64,000 nucleotides of DNA from the human T2T-CHM13v2.0 reference genome, Homo sapiens (GCF_009914755.1 NC_060939.1); one strand, 5' to 3'; shown: positions 15,982 to 37,244, counted from the first letter of the stretch. Notes: generated by a model from the sequence alone, not told the origin. Program-made: numbers and translations.

Positions 15982-17207
15982 GCTCAGCAGCTCGGGCGGC
16001 GGGAGGAGCGGCAGCGGCAAGGCAGCCCAGTTTCGCGAAGGCTCTCGGCGCGCCGCGGCCCGCAGGCACCCGGCACGCGCCTTCCCCGCCGCCAGGATGC
16101 CCAAGAGGAAGGTCAGCTCCGCCGAAGGCGCCGCCAAGGAAGAGTCCAAGAGGAGATCGGCGCGGTTGTCAGCTAAACCTCCTGCAAAAGTGGAAGCGAA
16201 GCCGAAAAAGGCAGCAGCGAAGGATAAATCTTCAGACAAAAAAGCGCAAACAAAAGGGAAAAGGGGAGCAAAGGGAAAACAGGCCGAAGTGGCTAACCAA
16301 GAAACTAAAGAAGATTTACCTGCAGAAAACGGGGAAACGAAAACTGAGGAGAGTCCAGCCTCTGATGAAGCAGGAGAGAAAGAAGCCAAGTCTGATTAAT
16401 AACCATATACCATGTCTCATCAGTGGTCCCTGTCTCCCTTCTTGTACAATCCAGAGGAAAATTTTTATCAACTATTTTGTAAATGCAAGTTTTTTAGTAG
16501 CTCTAGAAACATTTTTAAGGAAGAGGGAATCCCACCTCATCCCATTTTTTAAGTGTAAATGCTTTTTTTTAAGAGGTGAAATCATTTCCTGGTTGTTTAT
16601 TTTTTGGTACAACCAGAAAGTAGTGTGGGATATTGAATTATGGGAGGCTCTGACTGTCTCGGGTGTCAGCTTAACATTCCATAGATGGGGGGTTAGTTTT
16701 TATATCCCATAATACAAAGCATATTAAATGGCAATATGGAGTCAGTCCTGCATTTAATGTCTTGAACATTCTAAATTACTTCTATTACCATGTTGTTTTT
16801 TAGTAGAATTGTTTCCTAAAGAAAACCACTCTTTGATCATGGCGCTCTCTGTCAGAATTGTGTGTACTCTGTAACATCTTTGGTTGTGGTAGTCCTGTTT
16901 TCCTAATAACTTACTGTGCTGTGAAAGATTACAAATTTGAACATGTAGTGTACGTGCTATTGAGTTGTGAACTGGTGGGCCGTATGTAACAGCTGACCAA
17001 CATGTGAAGATACTGGTACTTGATAACCTCTTAAGGAAAATTTGCTTCCAAATTTTAAGCTGGAGAGTCACTGGAATAACTTTAAAAAAGAATTACAATA
17101 CATGGCTTTTTAGAATTTCGTTACGTATGTTAAGATTTGTGTACAAATTGAAATGTCTGTACTGATCCTCAACCAATAAAATCTCAATTATGAAAAAAAT
17201 AAAAATA
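15982..17207 (+). pseudogene. HMGN1: Full-length processed HMGN1 retrocopy (5'UTR, CDS, 3'UTR, poly-A); possibly HMGN1P38
   Basis: Intronless; AATAAA at 17175-17180 followed by an A-rich tail; TSD AAATGTGGCCTA at 15970-15981 and 17208-17219. Confidence 0.95.
16097..16399 (+). CDS. HMGN1: Intact HMGN1 (HMG-14)-like ORF of the retrocopy, 100 aa; expression unproven
   Basis: MPKRKVSSAEGAAKEESKRRSARLSAKPP...EAKSD; differs from human HMGN1 as I recall it only by P17S and V50A. Confidence 0.6.
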   Translation: MPKRKVSSAEGAAKEESKRRSARLSAKPPAKVEAKPKKAAAKDKSSDKKAQTKGKRGAKGKQAEVANQETKEDLPAENGETKTEESPASDEAGEKEAKSD

Positions 17208-17599
17208 AAATGTGGCCTAAACAATAAATAAATAAATAAATACCAATTTCTCCAGGAAATGCACATCAAACCCCACCGCAATCACTTCATACCCATTAGG
17301 ATGGCTCTAATTTTTTTTTAATCAGAAAATAAAAAATGTCAACAAGGATGTGGAGAAATTAAAACCCTTGTGTACTGCTATGGGAAAAAGTATGGCGGTT
17401 CCTCAAAAAATTAAACATAAGTTCCACTTCTGAGTATATGCCTAAAATAATTAAAAGCAGGGACTCAAATTTTTAAATGTTTATTTTTTTAATTATTTAT
17501 TTATTTTTAATTTCAATAGTTTTTGAAATAGCCAAAAGGTGGAAGCAACCCAAATATCCTTAAACAGATTAACGGATTTTTAAAATGTGGTCTAAGTAA

Positions 17600-18780
<1,181 letters not shown>

Positions 18781-18854
18781 GCCACTTTCTCCGTTCTTTC
18801 ATTGAGAACTCCGGGGATCAAAGAAGAACGCCAGCTGCGGTGGACCGCTGAGGA

Positions 18855-19238
18855 ATGGCCGGAGTCCGGGCGCGAGCGCCGCTTCCCCTCGCCCTCCTCC
18901 TCTCCCTTCCCGCGGCCCCTGGAGGCCGAGACCCATCCGCGTCCCGCGCGCGCTTTCCTCAGAGGCTCGGCCGGGCGCCCTGCTTCGAAGTGGGCCTGAG
19001 GAAGCCTCCGCCTCCGCCGCTGCTTTCTCCCCCTTCCTTCTCCAGCGGCTCCTCCAGGCCGCTCCAGAGACCCCGAGGACCCAAGGACGGTGCCGGGCGG
19101 AAAGTCTGTGCGAAGCTGGTGAAAAGGTTGCCCGGAGAGAGCGGAAGCTGTGAGGATGGGCAAAGCGCCCCTGCCCAGCCGCCCCGCCGCAGAACCGGTA
19201 CACGCGCCTGCCCGCCCCGGGCGCCCCTTTGGCGCTGA
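18855..19238 (+). CDS. Putative 127-aa ORF with a signal-like N-terminus; recalled as UNQ6190/PRO20217 (dubious protein)
   Basis: ATG in GGAATGG context; MAGVRARAPLPLALLLSLPA...; no known domain, and GC-rich DNA favours chance ORFs. Confidence 0.2.
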   Translation: MAGVRARAPLPLALLLSLPAAPGGRDPSASRARFPQRLGRAPCFEVGLRKPPPPPLLSPPSFSSGSSRPLQRPRGPKDGAGRKVCAKLVKRLPGESGSCEDGQSAPAQPPRRRTGTRACPPRAPLWR

Positions 19239-21083
19239 GCTTTTCGTGCGGGGCGCGCATCCCTCTCCACTCCGGCTCTCTGGCGCCATCTTGTGTAGCT
19301 TTCTTAAACAGCCACAAAATGCGGATCTTTTAGGTCTCTAGTAACATGATTTCTCAAGTACAAAAATAGTTTCCGATATCTTATTGAAGAAAACATTTTC
19401 TTCTCTACAAGAAAGCAAAGTTTACCCATTGTTCTAGCACATAATGAGCAAGGCTTTGTTTCCTGAACATATTCGTAACTATTTCAAGGATAATCTTAAG
19501 TATAGAAGTTGGTTTTAGTCTAACGTCTTGCCTTTCAGAAACGACTTGGGAGACAGAAAGAAAGAAAAATGAACGTTTAAAATTTTATCAGAGCCAGACG
19601 AGGAGCAGGATAAGCCAAATATATTATAAACTCGTTTATATAACCCCTGTTATCTTGACTCAACAAGTAAGGTGCAAGTAGGCACAATTTAAACAACCAC
19701 AAGTAGAATTAATATAACTGCAAGTCTAGTCAATTAATACAAAGGCACATGCAGTCCAGGGACCCCTGCCCCGTGATGCTAACAACTGAATCCACACTCA
19801 CAGATCTGCTGATCTATGGGGTGGGCTGTGTTGCTAAAACCAAAAATTGACATCTCAAAGAGGGAGCAAATTAACACGCAATTGTGAAGAAAAATCCATC
19901 GTTGGTTAATCTAGCAAAAGTGCTTCCTCTAGTAAATTTAGTATCTGAATGTCAAGTACCAACTCAGAAGTTGAGACAAGCCTTTCTAATTCTCATGGAA
20001 TTACAAACAAATTTTTTTTATTCCACAAAGAAATAAAGAAATACGAAGTGCTTCCAGCAAGTTACACGGGGGAAAGGGGAAAAAAAAGCCACTTTGGAGC
20101 TACAGTCCCACTTCTAGTTATTAGTGTCTTTGAGAGGGCTTTACAGTATCCGCTCTGCTCACAGGAGGCCTTAAGCTGCGGGGAGATTCATGGGACTCAG
20201 ACGCAGGCTGTATTCTTGAGATCCAGCCAGGTTTTCCACCGACTCACTTCACTTTAGAGTCTGCAGAGTTCAAACAGAACAAAGAAGTAATAGGATCCTG
20301 CGGCGGGGAAGGAAGCTGGAGCCTTCCACACTTGGGGCCAAGCTGTAAGCCAAAAGATTAAGTTATAAAAGCAGATTCTTACAACTTGAAGTAGAGAAAG
20401 TCTCAATAAGGAAGACACAAACCCAGGAGTGGGAGGCTGCAGTGAGCTATGATCACATCACTGCATTCCAGCCTGGGTGATAGAGTGAGACCCCGTGTGT
20501 AAAAATAATAAAAAATAAAATATGGTAAAATATCGATTTAAAAAAAAAAAAAAAGAAAGACACAGCACTTCCCCAGCAAGAAGGAAGGCCTATGGATGAC
20601 ACTTTTTTTTAAAGTCACATTTCCCAAAAATGCAAGGGTATCATCGCCGCAGTAAAAGGAGTCAGGCTCTGAGGTCGGAGCACCCGGTGTGACTTGAGAC
20701 AGCTTCAGCAGCAGTTCTGGGCCCCAGGACTCTCAGCTCCTCCTCAAGGTTAATAATTCCTGCCTCAGAGGACTAAAAGGAACAAAAGTGTAGCATCCCT
20801 AGGACAGAGTCTGGCCCAAGCAGGTGCTCAGTATATAGCAGGTGCCATTCCAGCAATGGTGATGATAATGACAGCCCTACCATTACTGAAGCAAACCTGC
20901 CACCCTCTCCTAATGGGCATTCGCATTCACTTACTAACAATAGCTAACACTCGTTGGGTACTTACTATGTGCTGGGCACTGTGCATCAAATTATTTCACT
21001 TAACCTGTGGGGCACTTAAATGTAGCCACATCTAATACCCCCACTTTACAGATAACAAAACAGGTTCAGAGAGGTTAGGTAAT

Positions 21084-22525
<1,442 letters not shown>

Positions 22526-22968
22526 TTAAACACCACAAAGTTTAACTCTTTTGGAAATACAGTTCACAATTAAAACAAAAGTCACTCTAGTGTACCCTGC
22601 TAAATTAAACAATTTAGTATATCTCTTTGGTGAGACCAGACTTCTGCAAACCTCACACCAGAAAACAGGTTTAACAATTTTTCATAGTAAGACAATACAC
22701 TTGGGACTTGAGGGTGGACAAAGCATAAGTAAGCTTAGAAAATGATAATGAACATAAGAAAATAATTATGCTGTCTTTAAACATGATGAAACCATCTCAT
22801 TAAGCCTAAATTAATTTAAAGGTCAACAATGCATAATTTATGTGGGCTCATAAAATGCATTATGTAAATGATGATTAAACCAATATCCTCTTTTTTTCTT
22901 ATCTCTGTCCTATTAACTCTAGAAACACTAGAACGCTGGTATATGCTATGTGATAGTAACAAATTTGA

Positions 22969-23346
<378 letters not shown>

Positions 23347-24388
23347 TGACATTTTAGCAAATTCCACAGTATGGGGTCCCAGGAGATCAGTGCTGCAAGG
23401 GAGGAGCTTTAGGAAAGACTACAGAAATGAAGTAAAATAGCCCAAGACAAAATATGCCAGTTTCACAATGTGGCTGGGAGCTGTCCCATATGACTGGGAC
23501 ATACGTTTTCAGTACTAAGGAGCTGAGCCAATGTGAGTCCCTGTGGAGAAAGATGCCCTGATTCATTCAACATTCATCTGTTCCAGGCCCTGAGAATACA
23601 GATGCAGAAAAAAACAAAACAAAAATCCCTGCCTACTACCCAACTCGGGCCAGGCAGAATGGCTCTTGCAAAGACAGATAGCGAAAAGGGCCCTCAATGG
23701 AGTGAGAACCCAAGAATACACCATCAACATTCCCAAGCACATCCAGGGAGTGGGTTTCGAGAAGCATCCTCCTGAGCACACTCAAAAGCCTCTGGAAATT
23801 TGCCATGAAGGCGATGGGGACTCCAGAAGTGCACATTGATACCAGGCTCAACAAAACTGTCTGAGCTAAAGGAATAAGCAACGTCCTATGCTGTATCCAT
23901 GTGCAGTTGTCCAGAAAACATAATCAGAATGAAGATTCACCAAACAAGCTCTACACTTCAGTTACCTATACCTATTACCACTTTCAAATACCTACTGATA
24001 GTCAACGTGGATGACAACTAACCATTGATCATCAAATACATCAAATAAAGTTATAAAACTGCAACAACAAAAAAATCCCTGCCTTCATGGAACTTACATC
24101 CTTATGAGGAAAGACAGTTAATTAACAAGTTGGTTATAAACACTATGGAGATAAAGTCAATCAGGGAAGATGGAAACAGATCGTAAGCGATTTACAATTT
24201 CAAATAGGGTGAGGAAAGCCTGTTCCAGGAACAGAGAACAGAAAGAGAAAAGGCCTTGATGCAAGTGCAAAGAATAGCAAGAAGGTCAGTTTGACAAGAA
24301 CAGTGATTAAAATGAAAAATAATAAGAGAGAAAAAAGGTAGAGTGAGGGTGAGGGATACATTGGAAGGCAGTGTAGCTGACTGCAAGG

Positions 24389-24764
24389 TGTTATGGACTG
24401 AAAGTTTGTGTCCCCTCCGAAATTCACATATTGAAATCCTAACCCCTAAGGTGATAGTATTACAAAGTGGGGCCTTTTGGAGGTGATTAGGTCATCAGGG
24501 TGGAGCCCTAGTGATGGGATTAGTGCCTTTCTAAGAAGAGACATGAGAGCTTCCTGGCGTCTTTCACCCTGTTCTCCACCATGTGAGGATACAATGAGAA
24601 GACAGCCATTTGCAAAGCAGGACACAGGCCCTCACCAGACATCAGATCTGCTGGCACCTTGATCTTGGACTTCCAGGCTCCAGAACTGTGAGAAATACAT
24701 GTCTGTTGTCTATGCCACCTAGTCTGTGGCATATTTGTTACAGCAGCTCGAACTGACTAGGACA
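24389..24764 (+). mobile_element. MLT1A-like MaLR LTR
   Basis: TGTTATGGACTGAAAGTTTGTGTCCCC...GACTAGGACA; 5-bp TSD CAAGG/CAAAG. Confidence 0.8.
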
Positions 24765-24907
24765 CAAAGATTTAGGATTGTAACGGAGACTGTAGTCAGT
24801 GGTGGATTATAAGGAAAGGAATACATTATCAGACTTCATAGTCTAACAGAATTACTCTGGCTACTAGAGTGAGAATAGGCTGTAGGGGGCAAGAGTACAA
24901 GACGACA

Positions 24908-25286
24908 TGTATTAGTCCATTCTCACACTGCTATAAATACCTGAGATTCCGTAATTTATAAAGACAAGAGGTTTAACTGAGTCACAGTTCTGCAGGGTGT
25001 ACAAAAAGCATGGCTGGGGAGGCCTCAGGAAACTCACAATCATGGCAGAAGGCAAAGGGGAAGCAGGCGCGTCTTATGTGGCTGAAGCAGGAGGAAGAGA
25101 GAGAGCGGGGGAGTGCTACATACTTTTAAACAAGCAGATCTCATGAGAACAAAACAGCATCACAAAAACAGCACCAAAGGGGGATATCTGCCCCCATAAT
25201 CCAGTCACCTCCCACCAAGCCCCATCTCCAACGCTCCAACAATTCAACATGAGATTTGGGTGGGGACACAAATCCAAACCATATCA
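24908..25286 (-). mobile_element. MSTA-like MaLR LTR
   Basis: TGTATTAGTCCATTCTCACACTGCTAT...CCAAACCATATCA. Confidence 0.85.
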
Positions 25287-25324
25287 GCATATTTCAAAAA
25301 TATAAGCAAAATATAATAATAATG

Positions 25325-25620
25325 GGCCGGGTGCAGTGGCTCATGCCTGTAATCCCAGGACTTTGGGAGGCCAAGGCAGGTGGATCACTTGTGGTCGGGA
25401 GTTCAAGACCAGCCTGGCCAGCATAACGAAACCCCATCTCTGCTAAAAATACAAAAAATTAGCTGGGCGTGGTGGCGCACGCCTATAATCCCAACTACTC
25501 AGGAGGCTGAGAGGAGAATCGCTTGAACCCAGGAGGTGAATGTTGCAGTGAGCCAAGATCGCGCCACTGAACTGGGGACAGGGTGAGACTCCACCTCAAA
25601 AATAAATAAATAAATAAATA
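25325..25620 (+). mobile_element. AluS
   Basis: Dimeric Alu with an (AAAT)n tail. Confidence 0.9.
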
Positions 25621-26033
25621 GTAATAATGGCTTAGTAATAGCAAAGCCACTTACATCAGACTATTCCTACTGATGATCACAATTATAAACTCTGAACAAA
25701 ATACAAAATACAGCTGTTTAAAGACACTGGAGAGTGACCAACAGTAGGCAGAAAAAGAAGGGGACTTGACATTGAAAAAAAAGTGAATCACACCAAGTGA
25801 GGCCAACAAACACATACGTGGCTCTTGCCCTCAGGACATGCCCTAGTTTGTCTAGCATGGCAGATAGGGTCAAGCAGAGAGCCTGTAGTTGTGTTGGTCT
25901 GTGGAGTCAGAAGGGACTTGCCCAAGCAACTGCTTATTGAATGGAGGATTCACAGAATTCTATAGATTGGAAGAAGTCAGGAAGGGGAGTAACTTAACAT
26001 CTCCATATAATCACCCCTTGTATTGTTGGCTGA

Positions 26034-26585
<552 letters not shown>

Positions 26586-26599
26586 GGTTTTGTTTGTTT

Positions 26600-27492
26600 G
26601 TTTGTTTGGTTTTGTTTTTAATTTCCATAGTTTTTTGGGGAACAGGTGGTATTTGGTTACATTAGTAAGTTCTTTACCGTTGATTTGTGAGATTCTGGTG
26701 CACCCATCACCCAAGCAGTATACACTGCACACAATTTGTAGTCTTTTATCCCTCACCTTCTTCCCACCCTTTCCCTCTGAGTCCCCAAAGTTTATTATAT
26801 CATTCTTATGCCTTTGCATAGATGCAAAAACATAGTAATGTTTTGTTGGTATTGCATTTGCTTTTGGATTCTTGGTCAGGAAATCTTTGCCTAAGCCAAT
26901 GTCTAGAAGGGTTTTTTCTGATGTTATCTTCTAGAATTTTTAGTTTCAGGTCTTAGGTTTAAGTCCTTGATCCATCTTAAGTTGCTTTTTATATAAGGTG
27001 AGAGATGAGGATCGTGTTTTATTCCCCTACATGTGGCTTGCCAATTATCCCAGCACCATTTGTTGAACAGGGTGTTGTTTACCCACTTTATGTTTTTGTT
27101 TGCTTTGTCAAAGATCGGCTGGCTGTAAGTATTTGGGTTTATTTCTGGGTGGTCTATTCTGTTCCATTGGTCTATATGCCTATTTTTATACCAGTACCAT
27201 GCTGTTTTGGTGACTATGGCCTTGTAGTATAGTTTGAAATCAGATAATGTGATGCCTCCAGATTTGTTTTTTTTTTTTTTGCTTAGTCTTGTTTTGGCTA
27301 TGCAGGCTGTTTTTGGGTTCCATATGAATTTTAGGATTGGTTTTTCTAGTTCTGTGAAGAATTACGGTGGTATTTTGATGGGAATTGCATTGAATTTGTA
27401 GATTGCTTTTGGCAATATGGTCATTTTCACATTGATTCTACCCATCAAAGAGCATGGGATGTGTTTCCATTTGTTCAGGTCATCTATAATTT
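26600..27492 (-). mobile_element. L1PB fragments (3'UTR and ORF2)
   Basis: GGTGCACCCATCACCCAAGCAGTATACACTG and CCAGTACCATGCTGTTTTGGTGACTATGGCC. Confidence 0.85.
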
Positions 27493-27888
27493 AGAAAGAC
27501 AACATTTTAGAAGCAAAGACCACCTCCCAAAACTAAGATATTCACTTTAGGAGTAAAGATAAAACCATAGTAGACCTGCACTAACAAGGCATACAATTAT
27601 GCCTCCAACAAAACTAAGGTGATATAAAGCAAGTGAACTACCTTCAAGAACAATGCTTAACATTCCTCAAGGTAGAAAACATACTTGATGTTTTCTTGAT
27701 GATGCTCTTCAGCACATCTCCCACAATGTCCAGTATACAGTTTAAAAATTACTAGATAAGTGATGGATGACAAAGGAAAAGGAGACCCATGAGAAAGAAA
27801 AATAAGTCAATAGAAACCAGTCTCAAAATGACCCAGAAGTTGGAATTATCAAACAAAAACTTAAAAATGTCTGTTATAAATATCTTCA

Positions 27889-28195
<307 letters not shown>

Positions 28196-30609
28196 TTAAA
28201 AAATCTTCATAGACTTAAAGGACAATACGGTCATAGCAGATAAACAAATTAAATCATTAGTAAAGAAATGGAAAATCTAAAACAAGCAACCAAATGGAAA
28301 TCTAGAACTGAAAAATACAATATATGAAATTGCAAAACAAGGCAAAAAACACTGAATAGCTTAAGAGTAGTTTGGACACAATAGAAGAAATAATCAGTGA
28401 CCTTGAAGATAGGACATTGAAATTTAATAGTACTCACCAAGTTCCTGGAATTATCAATAAAAGGAGATCCAGACAGAATCAGCCAAACATTTAAAGCCAC
28501 TATCACCCATAGGCCTGAAGAGGCAAGAGGAGGACAAGGTATCGGCACCCAGAGAGAGAGTTGTAGAAGGCCTGACCTCACTCTATTTGCTGTCCTTGAT
28601 CTTCTGCCAGTGCCTCCGTGAACCAGAAGCTCAAAGCCACAAGAGCCCATTGATTCAGTCTATAAAAAAATCCCACAACCCATAGCACAGTGGAAGGGCA
28701 CACAGGAAGTATCTAGATCACATGTCTAAATGTATCTCAGAAAACAATTTAAAAAACAAAAAAGAAACCAACCAAAGAAGCTCCTGCATAAATCCTAGGA
28801 GAATGAAGAAGTCACTTATAAAGGAATAAAATGTACGCGTGTTCAACGTTCGTGCTGCAGTAAGTCCCAAAAGATGACGTAGTACTATCTACTAAATTTT
28901 GAGCAGAAATGTTATAATCAAATATTTTTAAATCTATTCAAAAGATTTTTCATGTATAAAGGCAACAGAAAGGTATTCTCAGATGTCCAAGGATGAGAAA
29001 ACATATCCTTCACATTGCTTTTAGAAAGAAATATTCAAAGATATATTAAAACCAACTGAAAGAAGTCAAAATTAAGAACTAAAAATGAAACAAAATACAG
29101 AAAAATAAATTTTAAAAATAAAAAATAAAAATTGTATATATGTACATGTAAAGAATTTAAAAATCGAAACGTGTTATAAAAGGAATCATGTAATGCTTCC
29201 ACTTGAACAAAGGAAGTCATGCACAATAGAATAATCTGATTTTTAAAAAAATTTTCAGTTGGCAGACACTAAGAGAGATCATAGTATGGATCCTACCCAT
29301 AGCCCACTCCTAGAATGGGAGAGGAGAATGGGAGACTTAGAATCTCCAGAGAGACAGACAGTTTGACAAAACTCTTCTTGTTATTTAAATACTGGATTAA
29401 TGGGTCTTTTCTGCCTCTGCTGGGCATCAAATTAATCTTATTAAATCATGTCTTATCTGATAGATTCTAGAGTTCAAGGTAAGGTTTGGTCCTTCATGCT
29501 TCCCTCAACTTTTCTCATTCTGTATCTACTCCTTACCCATTGCTACATTCTTCACCCTGCAATGCATAACCAATCTCCCATGTTCGATTAACTTAAAACA
29601 ATAACTATGTGGTCTTGCCCCAGCGCTTTCTAACAATGGCTAAAATTCTTACAGGACTGAGACACTGTACAAAGACTCTCTGAATAATCTCCAGGAAAAC
29701 AGAGTTGCAATAAGGAATCACACAATGACTAATTTCATTGCTAAATAACTTGAGAAGTGATTTTCTCACTGAGTGAAGAAAAAAGTCTGGCTGAATGTAT
29801 GCCAGACAATTAACAGTGATTATCTCTAGGTATGGGATTATGGCAGACTTGATAATGTCTCTCCACATTACCAATTGTAGCTCTTTAAATTTTTTAAATT
29901 TTTCACAAGAACCAGATTATGTACTTTAACTAGAAAAGAAAAGCCTTTAAATTTTGATGGTAGAGATGGTTTCTCTAATGTATACTTTCCCGAAACTCAT
30001 CGAGATGTATACATTAAATATGTGCAGCTTCTTATGTGTCAGTCATATCTCAATAAAGTAGTTTTAAAAAAAATCCTTTAAAGATAAATAATTGTAAAAT
30101 AAAATACAAGAGACATGGGAATAGTTAAATGACAGCACAAGGAATCAAACTAACAAATCCAAAATGTGGGCTATTCTGTAGGACAATCGACCCAGTTTTT
30201 GGAACATGACAATGGTAGCGAAAGAGAGGGTGGGGTGGGGGAATTGCTCGAGTTCTTAACAGAATTAAGAGACAACAAACAAATGTGTTAACCTTGTTTG
30301 CATCCTAATTTAAACAAACCTTTTTAAATAAGACATTTTTTAGACAATAAAAGAAATTGTATTGTAGACCGGCTACTAGATGACACCAAATTTGTTAGAG
30401 ATGCATACTAAAATATATGAGGGCAAAATGGTATAATTACTTGAATTTCTTTTTGAAAGTAAAATAAAAAGAGGAATAGATGTTTTATGGGAAAAACTGA
30501 TAATTATTGATTCTGGGTAAAGGATATATGGGGGTTCCTCTAATTATTCTCTATCTTTGTGTATGTTTGAATATTTTCATAATTTAAATTTTTAATTAAA
30601 TTTTAAAAC

Positions 30610-30899
30610 TTTTTTTTTTGAGATGGAATCTCACTCTGTTGCTCAGGCTAGAGTGCAGTGGCGCGATCTCGGCTCACTGCATCCTCCGCCTCCTGAGTTC
30701 AAGCTATTCTCCCGCCTCAGCCTCCTGAGTAGCTGAGATTACAGGCATGCGCCACCAAGCCCAGCTATTCTTTGTATTTTTAGTAGAGATGGGGTTTCAC
30801 CATGTTGGCCAGGCTGGTCTCGAACTCCTGACCTTGTGATCCGCCTACCTCGGCCTCCCAAAGTGCTGGGATTACACATATGAACCACCGCACCTGGCC
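30610..30899 (-). mobile_element. AluS
   Basis: Reverse Alu. Confidence 0.9.
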
Positions 30900-31817
30900 T
30901 AAAACATTATTTTTAAGAACCAAGTTGCTAGTATTTGTAATTGTTGAAGAGAAATTAATCATCAGTAACAGATTATCTGTCATCAGGTTTCATTTTACAA
31001 TTATTTATCTAAGACCTTATTTCCTCCTGTGTTCACTTTGCTTAAAAATAAATACATGCAGTATATTTTCATTATATACAAATTGCAAAGAAAAGTATTC
31101 TAAGGATATTGATAACAATAATAGTTGACATTTACTGGGGGCTTATGTGCCAGGCAGCACGCAAGCATTTTCGAAGAATTAGTTCATTTAACCTTCATAA
31201 TAGCCCTATGAGGTAGATGTTAGGATAACTTTCAGTAGGAACTTGGTGGGAATTCTAGGCCACCCAACTCAGTCCTGTGGGTCTGGAGCCTTAGCTGCTT
31301 CAGTGTAATGCAGTGTTCAACTCTGCATCAGTCTGCCTTGGGAATATTACAGATTTTATAATATTCTCTCTCGTCATCTACTAAAGAAAGCCACCTGGTG
31401 AAAAAGTCTTAAAAAGACTTTTACTTTGTCACTAAATGCTATCTACAATCTTTGCAATTCTGAGTATTTGATCTCTGTTTCTAGACATGAGATATGAAAC
31501 CAAGTACCAAGATAACTAGACAAGCCCAACTCCAACGTATCACAAGACGCTTGGGACTTGCAAAAAAGGAAGCTTGGAGAATCAACATGATTGGGTGAGG
31601 CAGCTATCTTCAGCTTTAATTTGGGACAATTACGCAGGGTCATCCCAGCTCCAGAACTAACTCTCCGTGGAATCAGCAGAGGCCTTCACTGAGACTGCTG
31701 CAGTTCAAATTCTCCCTCTGGCCAACCCCACAGGTGTTAATTCCAAGAGCACTCCCCAGTAAACCTCTGCATGCAAATATCTGTCTCAGAGCCTGCTTCC
31801 CAGGGCACCTGATCTGA

Positions 31818-32170
<353 letters not shown>

Positions 32171-32263
32171 CCCATCTTCTTCTAAATTTCTCTCAAGATC
32201 ATAAAGGGTCATAATGACCAAAACTGGTCTCATGCCTAATAATGTAAAAAATTACCTCCATTC

Positions 32264-32586
<323 letters not shown>

Positions 32587-32589
32587 TCA

Positions 32590-33890
<1,301 letters not shown>

Positions 33891-34310
33891 CATATATCAC
33901 TAAATGGTGCTGAGATAGCTGGCCACTCATATGCAGTAGAATGAAACTAGACCTCAACCTTTCACCATATGCTAGATGCATTAAAGATTTAAACGTAAGA
34001 CGTCCAACAAAGACTCCTAGAAGAAAACCCAGGAAACACCATTCTGGACATCAGCCTTGGGAAAGAAATTATGACTAAGTCCTCAAAAGCAATTGCAACA
34101 GAAACAAATATTGACAAGTGGGATCTAATTAAACTGAAGAGCATCTGCATAGCAGAAGAAACTGTCAACAGAGTGAACAGACAACCTACAGAATGGAGGA
34201 AAAAATTCACAAACTATGCAGCTGACAAAGGTTTATATCCAGAATCTATAAGGAACTTAAACTATTGAACAAGTGAAAAACAAGTAACACCATTTAAAAA
34301 TGGGCAAAAG

Positions 34311-35158
<848 letters not shown>

Positions 35159-35578
35159 TCAAAAAAAGATATACAAGTGGCCAAGAAACGTATGAAAAAA
35201 TGTTCCACATCACTAATTATCAGAGAAATGCAAATCAAAACCACAATGAAATACCATCTCACACCAGTCATAATGCCCATTGTTACAAAACAACAGATGC
35301 TGATGAGGCTGCAGAGAAAGTGAACACTTTTACACTGTTGGTGGGAATGTAAATTAGTTCAGCCACTGTGGAAATCGTTTGGAGATTTCTCAAAGAACTT
35401 AAAGTGGAACTGCCATTTGACCCAGCAATCCCATTACTGGGTATATATCTAAAAGAAAATAAATTGCTCTACAAAAAGACATGCACTCAGATGTTCATCA
35501 CAGCACTATTCACAATAGCAAAGACATGGAATCAACCTAGATGTCTATCAGCAGTGGACTGGATAAAGAAAATGTGGT

Positions 35579-35880
<302 letters not shown>

Positions 35881-36312
35881 AGAAAATATGATACATACAC
35901 AACATAGAATCCTATGCAGCCATAAAAAGGAGTAAAATCATGTCCTTTCAGCAACATGGATGCAGCTGGAGGACATTATCCTAAGCAAATTAGCACCGGA
36001 ACAGAAAACCAAATACCACATGTTCTCACTTCTAAGTGAGAACTAAACATTTAGTACATGTGGAGATGAAGAAGGGAACAATACACACCAGGGCTACTAG
36101 AAGGGGGAGGGTGGAAGGAGGAAGAGTGTTGAAAAACTCCTTATTGAGTACTATGCTCACTACCTGGGTGACAAGATCATTTGTACACCAAACTTCAGTG
36201 ACATGCAATGTACCCATGTAACAAACCTGCACCTGTACCCCCTGAAACTAAAATAAAAGTTGAAAAAAATTTTTTTAAACAGTCCAACTAATGGTCCTGA
36301 AATAATTGGTTA

Positions 36313-36924
<612 letters not shown>

Positions 36925-37244
36925 ATGATAATGAACCTCAACACCTCAATAATATCCTCCAGCTGTAGCCATGTTGCTGCAAAGAGCATCTCACATTTAT
37001 CTCACACTACACATAAAATTGAACTAGAAACTGATTATAAACCTTAAGAGTTCAAAGTAGAAAACTTCTTCAAGAAAATATAGAAAATCTTTGTGACTTT
37101 GTGTTAGCCAGGAATTTCTTAAATGGAACACAAAAAACATGAGCCAAACAACCACAACCCAAATGTCCATCAGTAGATGAATAGATAGACAAATTGTGGT
37201 ATATCTGCACAATGGACTATTATTCAGCTATGAGAAAAATGATC

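Noticed and set aside
15257-16069. Multiple Pro/Ala/Gly-rich ORFs in the LTR12 U3
   Set aside because: Expected from stop-poor, GC-rich LTR sequence.
15979-16389. 136-aa antisense ORF over the HMGN1 retrocopy
   Set aside because: A shadow frame of the sense CDS, with a non-ATG start and no independent support.
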